Shown here: piece by piece, positions 58,067-64,000 of the stretch
Position numbering within the stretch: the stretch's first letter is position 1
How the letters are laid out: every line of letters starts with the position of its first letter
Assembly (NCBI GenBank): GCA_913056255.1
Contig: CAJXLN010000006.1
Span: 3,108 to 67,107 of the forward strand
Direction of reading: 5' to 3'
DNA length: 64,000 nt
Source of the DNA: an uncultured Thermotogae bacterium
GTDB lineage: Bacteria > Thermotogota > Thermotogae > Mesoaciditogales > Mesoaciditogaceae
The notes under the pieces: model-generated
What the model was told of the DNA's origin: nothing
Database searches by the model: none
Seen by the model: the letters and a program-made list of their open reading frames with translations, nothing else
Translations under genes and position numbers: made by a program

Positions 58067-58081
58067 ATTGGGAGGAATAAT

Positions 58082-58702
58082 GTGAGAGATGACGAAAATC
58101 AAGAATTTCCAATACTTTTTAAAATACTGGTCATCATTGTAATATTGAGTGCTTTGTTCGGAACCTTTATGAGTTTGATAGATTTTGCACTCGTCAAGTC
58201 AGCATCAAGAGAGATATCCAGGATTAACAGAACTTTACTTGCCTCCATGAGTGATAGAATCAACAATATGGAGAACGATATCTCAAATGTCAAATCTTCC
58301 CTAATGCCTGGTGGAATTATGGATTTGTACGTGAATGCCTATCACTTTCTCTCCAATTCACAAGTGGATCTCGAAAAAATAGTCACACTCGCCGAGGATA
58401 CAAATGGAAAAACGTATTTTTCATTTTATATCACAGGTGAGAGTGGTGTTTGGATAGGAATCTCTAAAGGAGGAAGATACGTTTTCCAATCCGAGATGAA
58501 ACAAGGACTTTCCCCCGAGAGGTTTTATGTTAACAACACTCCAAAAATTTCCACATCATACACTTTTACGGTAGATTCTTCCACGGTGATAATGAGTGGT
58601 TCGCCTTCGCGAACGTACATACTCATGGTAAATAAGAAAGGAGCTAAGATCGTAAAAATGAGTTCCACGAGGGTGCTTGTGAAAAGGCTTTTCAACAAGT
58701 GA
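58082..58702 (+). CDS. Membrane-anchored hypothetical protein
   Basis: 206-aa ORF with a short N-terminus, one TM (ILFKILVIIVILSALFGTFMSLI), and a predicted extracytoplasmic domain. No recognisable motif. Confidence 0.35.
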   Translation: MRDDENQEFPILFKILVIIVILSALFGTFMSLIDFALVKSASREISRINRTLLASMSDRINNMENDISNVKSSLMPGGIMDLYVNAYHFLSNSQVDLEKIVTLAEDTNGKTYFSFYITGESGVWIGISKGGRYVFQSEMKQGLSPERFYVNNTPKISTSYTFTVDSSTVIMSGSPSRTYILMVNKKGAKIVKMSSTRVLVKRLFNK

Positions 58703-58709
58703 TGAAGAG

Positions 58710-60995
58710 GTGATCAATTTGCAAAAGATTCAGAGAATAAACGATGCAATTTTCAGGATTACTCTTGGAAATCCATTAAATCCTATAGATATCGTTAACA
58801 CTACGGATGTAGAGTGCAAATGTGATTTTAGAGTTGTGGAAAATAAGTCTCTATTTTCAATTTTATCAAATGGAGAAGAGCTTGCAAAGGAAATTGGATT
58901 TTCGATTGAAAATGGTAAGACATCGGTGAGATTGATATCTTCGGGTGCACATTTTTTTGGATTTGGAGAAAAAATGGGATTTTTAGACAAGCGTGGAGTG
59001 CACATGAAGATGGTAAACACTGACAATCCACTCCACACTCCCGATTTGGATCCCATGTACATCTCCATTCCATTTTTTATAGCAGTCTCACCTGGGAAGC
59101 CTGCGATGGGATTTTATCTCAACTCCACAGCATTTTCTTTTTTTGATATGGATGGTGATACTTACAGTTTTGGTGCACAAGACAACGGAATTGAGTTTTA
59201 TATAATATATGGGCCGAGTGTATCTGATGTTGTAAAGCGTTTCACCTCTATGGTTGGCAGAATGCCAATGCCACCTGCATGGGCCATTGGATATCAACAA
59301 TCACGTTGGAGTTACGCCACAGCAGATCAGGCCCTTAAAATTGCACGGAAAATGAGAGAAGACGGTATCCCATGTGATGTCATTTATTTGGATATAGATT
59401 ACATGGATGGATACAGAGTATTCACGTGGGGAGATGGATTTACAAACCCAAAATCATTTGTTAATAAGCTAAAAAGTATGGGATTCAAAGTTGTAACTAT
59501 AGTGGATCCCGGTGTGAAAAAGGAGAACGGTTACGATGTTTTTGAAACTGGTAAGAAGATAAAAGCATTCTGCAAATCGGAAGATGAAGAAGACTTCGTT
59601 GGATACGTTTGGCCAGGACGGTGCGTTTTCCCGGATTTTCTGAGAGCAGATGTTAGAGAATGGTGGGCACGGCAACACAAAGTACTTTTCGATGCCGGAG
59701 TTGATGGTATATGGAACGACATGAACGAACCCTCTGTAGTGTGGACGGATAAAAAAACCGAAGAAGTGAAAGCCCTTTTAAATGAGAATGAAGTGAGTTT
59801 TGCACTGCTTGATAGAATGAAAGGAGCTTTTGTTCAAAAGGATTATGGAGATGAGATCATTCACACAGATGATCACGGAGAAAAATGGCCACATTCAAAA
59901 GTCAGGAATGTTTACGCTTTACTTGAATCTATAGCCACGCTGAAAGCCTTTGAAATATACAAACCTGGCAAAAGACATTTCGTATTGAGCAGGGCTGGAT
60001 TCGCTGGAATACAAAAATATTCGGCCGTGTGGACTGGTGATAATTCGAGTTGGTGGGAACATCTCGAAAGTGAGATGTCAACTTCAATGGGACTTGGGCT
60101 TAGCGGTGTGTGTTTTACTGGTTCAGATGTTGGAGGATTTGGTGGCAATGCCACTCCAGAGCTTTTGATAAGATGGACTGAAATGGGTGCATTTTTACCC
60201 TTTTTTAGAAATCACACGGCAATAGGTACAGATTCACAAGAACCATGGGCATTTGGAGAAGAGGTTGAGAAGATCGTAAAGAGATACATCAAACTGCGCT
60301 ATGAACTCTTTCCTTATATGTACACATGCTTTTATGATGCTCACAAAACCGGTATTCCCATCATGCGACCACTTTTGATGTACGATCAAGATGATTTGAA
60401 TTTGTACTCTGTAAACGATGAATTCATGGTTGGTGATTCCATACTTGTGGCCCCAGTTGTCAGGCCAAATGCCACGTGGAGATCTGTGTATCTCCCACAA
60501 GGGAAATGGATCGATATGAGAGACATGAGAATTTACAAAGGAAAGCATGTTTACAAAATAATGGCGCCTCTTGACGAAATACCTGTTTTTGTTAAAGAGA
60601 ACTCCATGATTTTCAGGACTGATCCCATGAATTACATTTTTGATCGTGAAAGCCTTACACTGTATGGAGATCTTTACGGTCAGAAGGCATTTGCCAAGGT
60701 TTATGAGGATGATGGTGAAACTCTCGAATATAACGATGGAAAATACAACCTTTACGAAATATCAGTTGAAACTAACAGTGATGGATATTCTGTGAATTTC
60801 AAAGCGTTGAAACATGATTATTCTGGCAGATACAAAAAGTTCACTTTGAGTTTTATGAGTTGGGAAAATATGAATTTACCTGTGGTGAAAGTGAACGGAA
60901 AAGTGATGAAATCGTACTTTGCACAAGGAACTCCCAGGATCAACTTTGACCTAAAAGAGTGGAGCTCCTCAACAAAATCGACAGATGAGAGATGA
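58710..60995 (+). CDS. Glycoside hydrolase family 31 alpha-glucosidase
   Basis: GH31 signatures DGIWNDMNEP, WTGDNSSWWEHL and GSDVGGF. Confidence 0.85.
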   Translation: MINLQKIQRINDAIFRITLGNPLNPIDIVNTTDVECKCDFRVVENKSLFSILSNGEELAKEIGFSIENGKTSVRLISSGAHFFGFGEKMGFLDKRGVHMKMVNTDNPLHTPDLDPMYISIPFFIAVSPGKPAMGFYLNSTAFSFFDMDGDTYSFGAQDNGIEFYIIYGPSVSDVVKRFTSMVGRMPMPPAWAIGYQQSRWSYATADQALKIARKMREDGIPCDVIYLDIDYMDGYRVFTWGDGFTNPKSFVNKLKSMGFKVVTIVDPGVKKENGYDVFETGKKIKAFCKSEDEEDFVGYVWPGRCVFPDFLRADVREWWARQHKVLFDAGVDGIWNDMNEPSVVWTDKKTEEVKALLNENEVSFALLDRMKGAFVQKDYGDEIIHTDDHGEKWPHSKVRNVYALLESIATLKAFEIYKPGKRHFVLSRAGFAGIQKYSAVWTGDNSSWWEHLESEMSTSMGLGLSGVCFTGSDVGGFGGNATPELLIRWTEMGAFLPFFRNHTAIGTDSQEPWAFGEEVEKIVKRYIKLRYELFPYMYTCFYDAHKTGIPIMRPLLMYDQDDLNLYSVNDEFMVGDSILVAPVVRPNATWRSVYLPQGKWIDMRDMRIYKGKHVYKIMAPLDEIPVFVKENSMIFRTDPMNYIFDRESLTLYGDLYGQKAFAKVYEDDGETLEYNDGKYNLYEISVETNSDGYSVNFKALKHDYSGRYKKFTLSFMSWENMNLPVVKVNGKVMKSYFAQGTPRINFDLKEWSSSTKSTDER

Positions 60996-61000
60996 TGTGA

Positions 61001-61852
61001 ATGTTCATAGGTGCTCATATGACAACCGATCCACTTTCCAGCGTTCCTTCGAGAACATTGAAAATAGGTGGCAATACATTTCAGATATTTTCACAAAGTC
61101 CAAGGATGTGGAGAACGAATTTTAACGAGAAGGAAGTTACCAAATTCAAAGGGGAAATGTCCAAAAGCGGGATAAATTCCGATAAAGTCATGATACACGC
61201 GAGTTACCTTATAAATCTCGCCAGTCCGAGGGAAGAAGTGTGGGAAAAGTCGAAAACGCGCCTAAAAGCAGAATTGGAAATTGCTCACAAAATGGGCTTG
61301 AAATACGTTAACGTTCATCCAGGGAGCAGGCTAAGAAGTCCGGAAGATAAAGCCATTGAAAGATCCGCACAAGCGATATCTGAGGTTCTGTATGATGCTC
61401 CAGAAGATGTAACGCTCCTCCTTGAAATAGTTTCACCCAAAGGAGGGAACATAGGCTATAACTTTTCTCAGCTCAAACGAATTGCAGACATGAGTGGCCA
61501 CGAAATTGGATTTACTTACGATACCTGCCATGGCTTCGATGGCGGATATGATATTCGTACGAAGGATGGCATGGAAAAATTTCTCGAAGAAATAGATGAG
61601 ACCATTGGAATGAACAAGCTCGTCATGTGCCACTTAAACGATTCAAAATTTCCGATCAATGTGCATAAAGACAGGCACGAAAGAATAGGACGAGGTTACA
61701 TAGGGAAAGCGGGCTTTACCAATTTTTTCTCATATGAAATTATTCGTTCAATACCTATGGTGCTTGAAACTCCTGGAGGTGATGCCGAGCACGCCGAAGA
61801 TATATCAATCGTGAAAGAAATTTGGAACTCTCTGGGAATATTAGATAAGTAA
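61001..61852 (+). CDS. nfo: Deoxyribonuclease IV (endonuclease IV)
   Basis: HASYLINLAS, NVHPGS, LLE and CHLNDS motifs of the AP endonuclease 2 family. Confidence 0.85.
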   Translation: MFIGAHMTTDPLSSVPSRTLKIGGNTFQIFSQSPRMWRTNFNEKEVTKFKGEMSKSGINSDKVMIHASYLINLASPREEVWEKSKTRLKAELEIAHKMGLKYVNVHPGSRLRSPEDKAIERSAQAISEVLYDAPEDVTLLLEIVSPKGGNIGYNFSQLKRIADMSGHEIGFTYDTCHGFDGGYDIRTKDGMEKFLEEIDETIGMNKLVMCHLNDSKFPINVHKDRHERIGRGYIGKAGFTNFFSYEIIRSIPMVLETPGGDAEHAEDISIVKEIWNSLGILDK

Positions 61853-61882
61853 GAAAACAAATTGGTAAGGAGAAGGAGATGA

Positions 61883-63358
61883 GTGGTTATGATCTTTAAA
61901 GTTTCCAAAGAACGTGTTGTTGACAATCCCACTTCAGAAAAATTGTGGGAAATGTCGAAAGAATTCTCAATTCCAAACAATCTTGGTCTTCCGCTTTTCC
62001 ACTCGAAGATCAAATCCAGAAGTGCGAAATTCACTCAAATCTACGACGCAAATGATCCAGAAGCAGAAAGGTACATCACAAAAGTTCAAGATTTCATCGA
62101 TTCGCACAACATGATAAAAGTGGATGCGAAGGTCAGCGATGATTGTAGCTATACATTTAAAGCTTCTCTCTTCGTGAGTGTCAAATATCCACAACTCGCT
62201 TACATGTTTAAGAACAATCTTTTTGAATCAAATGGTCATGAATCCGATCAAATCAACATAGTCACCATACCTGAATACCCAGAAAGAAAAATCCTTGTTT
62301 TTCCTCAAGAAGCCACCGAGGTCATACTTGGATCGGATTATTACGGTGAAACGAAGATGGCTGCTTTGAGATTGGCTATGTACATAGCTCGTGAACGGCA
62401 TGGTCATCTCGGATTGCACGCGGGCAGTAAAGCTTACAATCTGAATATCAATAATGAGATGAAGCGTTTTGGAGTTTTGATATTCGGGCTCAGCGGAACG
62501 GGGAAAACCACTCTTACCTGTGCGACCCACGATCTCAAAGCACCTGAATCTGTGGAGATCGTGCAAGATGATATAAACTTCATAGACTCCGAGGCGAATG
62601 CCTTTGGATCCGAGCGTAACTTTTATGTGAAAACTGACAGCATCACTTCACAGCCACTTCTTTTCGCTGCCGTTAAAGAGCAAGGCTCCATTCTCGAAAA
62701 TGTTTACGTGTCTCCAACTGGAGAAGTTGACTTTGACAACATGTCTGTCAGTACCAATGGACGTGCCGTTTTGCCGCGGCTTCACATACCATTCCATTCT
62801 TCCCTTTATAACATTGGGAAGATAAATGTTATATTCTTCAACACGCGTCGTGATGATATGCCACCCATACTTCGTGTTAGCAGTGCTGAAAAGGCTGCGG
62901 CAGTTTTCGGATTGGGAGAATCCACGGTAACGAGTGCCGACGATCCGTCTAAAGTTGGTCAATCCGTAAGAGTCGTTGGATTTAATCCCTTTATAATAGA
63001 GAATCCCGCAAAAGAGATAAACACTTTCAAAAAAATTCTAAAAGGGAAAGATTTTCAAGCCTTCATCATCAACACGGGGTGGATCGGCGGACGCAAAAAA
63101 GAAAACAAGATAACTCCTCAGGATACTTTTTACTTTGTTGAAAATGCACTCAGAGGTAATATAGAATTCAAAGATGATCCAATCATGGGCTTTGGTATAC
63201 CGGTTTCTTCTAAAAAAGGAGATATAAGCAAATTCGATCCGATGAATTTTTATTCTAAAGACGAATACTATGAAAAAATGAGTGCACTTCGTGATGAAAG
63301 AAGAAAATTCCTTGAATCAATAGGCGGTGTTGATAAAGATATAATCGATGCCGTTTAG
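61883..63358 (+). CDS. pckA: Phosphoenolpyruvate carboxykinase (ATP)
   Basis: Kinase-1a motif FGLSGTGKTTL, GSILENVY, and NTGWIGG. The start may be the ATG at 61889. Confidence 0.8.
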   Translation: MVMIFKVSKERVVDNPTSEKLWEMSKEFSIPNNLGLPLFHSKIKSRSAKFTQIYDANDPEAERYITKVQDFIDSHNMIKVDAKVSDDCSYTFKASLFVSVKYPQLAYMFKNNLFESNGHESDQINIVTIPEYPERKILVFPQEATEVILGSDYYGETKMAALRLAMYIARERHGHLGLHAGSKAYNLNINNEMKRFGVLIFGLSGTGKTTLTCATHDLKAPESVEIVQDDINFIDSEANAFGSERNFYVKTDSITSQPLLFAAVKEQGSILENVYVSPTGEVDFDNMSVSTNGRAVLPRLHIPFHSSLYNIGKINVIFFNTRRDDMPPILRVSSAEKAAAVFGLGESTVTSADDPSKVGQSVRVVGFNPFIIENPAKEINTFKKILKGKDFQAFIINTGWIGGRKKENKITPQDTFYFVENALRGNIEFKDDPIMGFGIPVSSKKGDISKFDPMNFYSKDEYYEKMSALRDERRKFLESIGGVDKDIIDAV

Positions 63359-63470
63359 AATGGGTTGTGTTAGACATTTCGAAATTCAAGTTTTTCGCTT
63401 TTATGCCAAAGAAGATAGCTGCGGTCAGTTCAGATTGATCTCAACTATCCCCAGAATTGGAAAAAAGTTC

Positions 63471-63502
63471 AAAAAAAGGATGGCCTTTTGGCCATCCTTT
63501 TT
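63471..63502. terminator. Bidirectional rho-independent terminator between convergent pckA and gdh
   Basis: AAAAAAA-GGATGGCC-TTTT-GGCCATCC-TTTTT. A perfect 8-9 bp stem flanked by A and T runs. Confidence 0.75.
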
Positions 63503-63528
63503 GAGGACATAATCGATCCAAAAAGTAA

Positions 63529-64000
63529 TTATGGATATATTCCACGTTTCTTTGTGGCAAAGGCTACACGGTTGATTGCAACTATGTAAGCGGCAGTTCT
63601 CATATCCGTGGAATATTTCTCTTTCATCTTCCATGTTTCTTCAAAGGCATTGTTCATCATTTCTTCAAGAGCGGAGTTTACCTGCGCTTTCTTCCAGAAG
63701 AAGGATTGAAGATCTTGAACCCATTCGAAGTAGGAAACCGTGACTCCGCCTGCATTGGCGAGAATATCCGGAACGATCAAAACTCCTTTTTCATTGAGGA
63801 TCTCATCAGCGCCTGTCATTAGAGGCCCATTGGCACCCTCGACTATTATCTTTGCTTTAACATTCTTAGCAATCTCAGGAGTTATAGAGTTTTCAAGAGC
63901 TGCTGGGACCAATATATCAACATCCAAAGTCTTGAGTTCTTCATTACTCATTTTGGATTCGGCTTTTGGATAGTCAGATATAGTGCCGTGCTCATCTTTG
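63529..64000 (-). CDS. gdhA: Glutamate dehydrogenase, C-terminal part (gene continues beyond the window end)
   Basis: Glu/Leu/Phe/Val dehydrogenase C-terminal domain (DILVPAALEN, EGANGP, VPDILANAGGVTVSYFEWVQ). The reading frame is open to position 64000. Confidence 0.85.
   Translation of the reverse strand, partial: KDEHGTISDYPKAESKMSNEELKTLDVDILVPAALENSITPEIAKNVKAKIIVEGANGPLMTGADEILNEKGVLIVPDILANAGGVTVSYFEWVQDLQSFFWKKAQVNSALEEMMNNAFEETWKMKEKYSTDMRTAAYIVAINRVAFATKKRGIYP

Noticed and set aside
1-64000. A scan for CRISPR arrays, IS elements or transposases, integrases, rRNA genes, and long tandem or interspersed repeats
   Set aside because: No regularly spaced direct repeats, no transposase or integrase motifs in any ORF, and no rRNA-like sequence were noticed. 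Only a visual scan was possible, so short or degenerate repeats could have been missed.

Overview
The window looks like a core chromosomal segment of a low-GC thermophile of the Thermotogota type. That assignment is an inference from three things: (1) the gene order tRNA-Thr, tRNA-Tyr, rpmG, tRNA-Trp, secE, nusG, rplKAJL, rpoBC; (2) a 353-aa NusG carrying a large internal insertion; (3) a bifunctional-nuclease gene next to a polyprenyl synthase gene. Almost everything is densely packed housekeeping. Left to right this includes a Wzy-like giant membrane protein, a split chromate-transporter pair, plsC, the phoH-pgpH-ybeY operon, the ribosomal protein and RNA polymerase cluster, clpC-radA-disA-yacL-ispD, a PiT/DUF47 phosphate pair, a two-component system next to a metal ABC importer, aspS, cmk-ispH-rpsA-der-plsY, a SigH-like sigma factor, a GH31 glucosidase, nfo, pckA, and a partial gdh at the right edge. 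The clear exception is a compositionally foreign, visibly GC-richer block of about 5.2 kb (about 25,560-30,725) immediately downstream of rpoC. It encodes eight co-directional copper-related genes: copA, copZ, a SHOCT membrane protein, a membrane-anchored Met-rich cupredoxin, csoR, DUF302, a DUF1858-like protein, and a YHS/TRASH protein with a His-rich tail. A CsoR-type GC-tract inverted repeat lies in front of copA. The right edge of the block abuts a truncated, frameshifted acyltransferase-3-like remnant. The copA/copZ/csoR core is textbook. The five-gene accessory part is the most plausible candidate for an undescribed copper-handling module. Other points of note are a decayed mazG remnant (large internal deletion plus an in-frame TGA), a PGAP1/lipase-like protein lacking its nucleophile serine, attenuator hairpins in the rplJ leader and between rplL and rpoB, and a possibly leaderless CPBP protease gene. 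I saw no CRISPR array, transposase, integrase or rRNA. All protein-family calls rest on motifs read by eye and remembered family signatures, not on searches. Hand-mapped coordinates of small features may be off by 1-2 nt.
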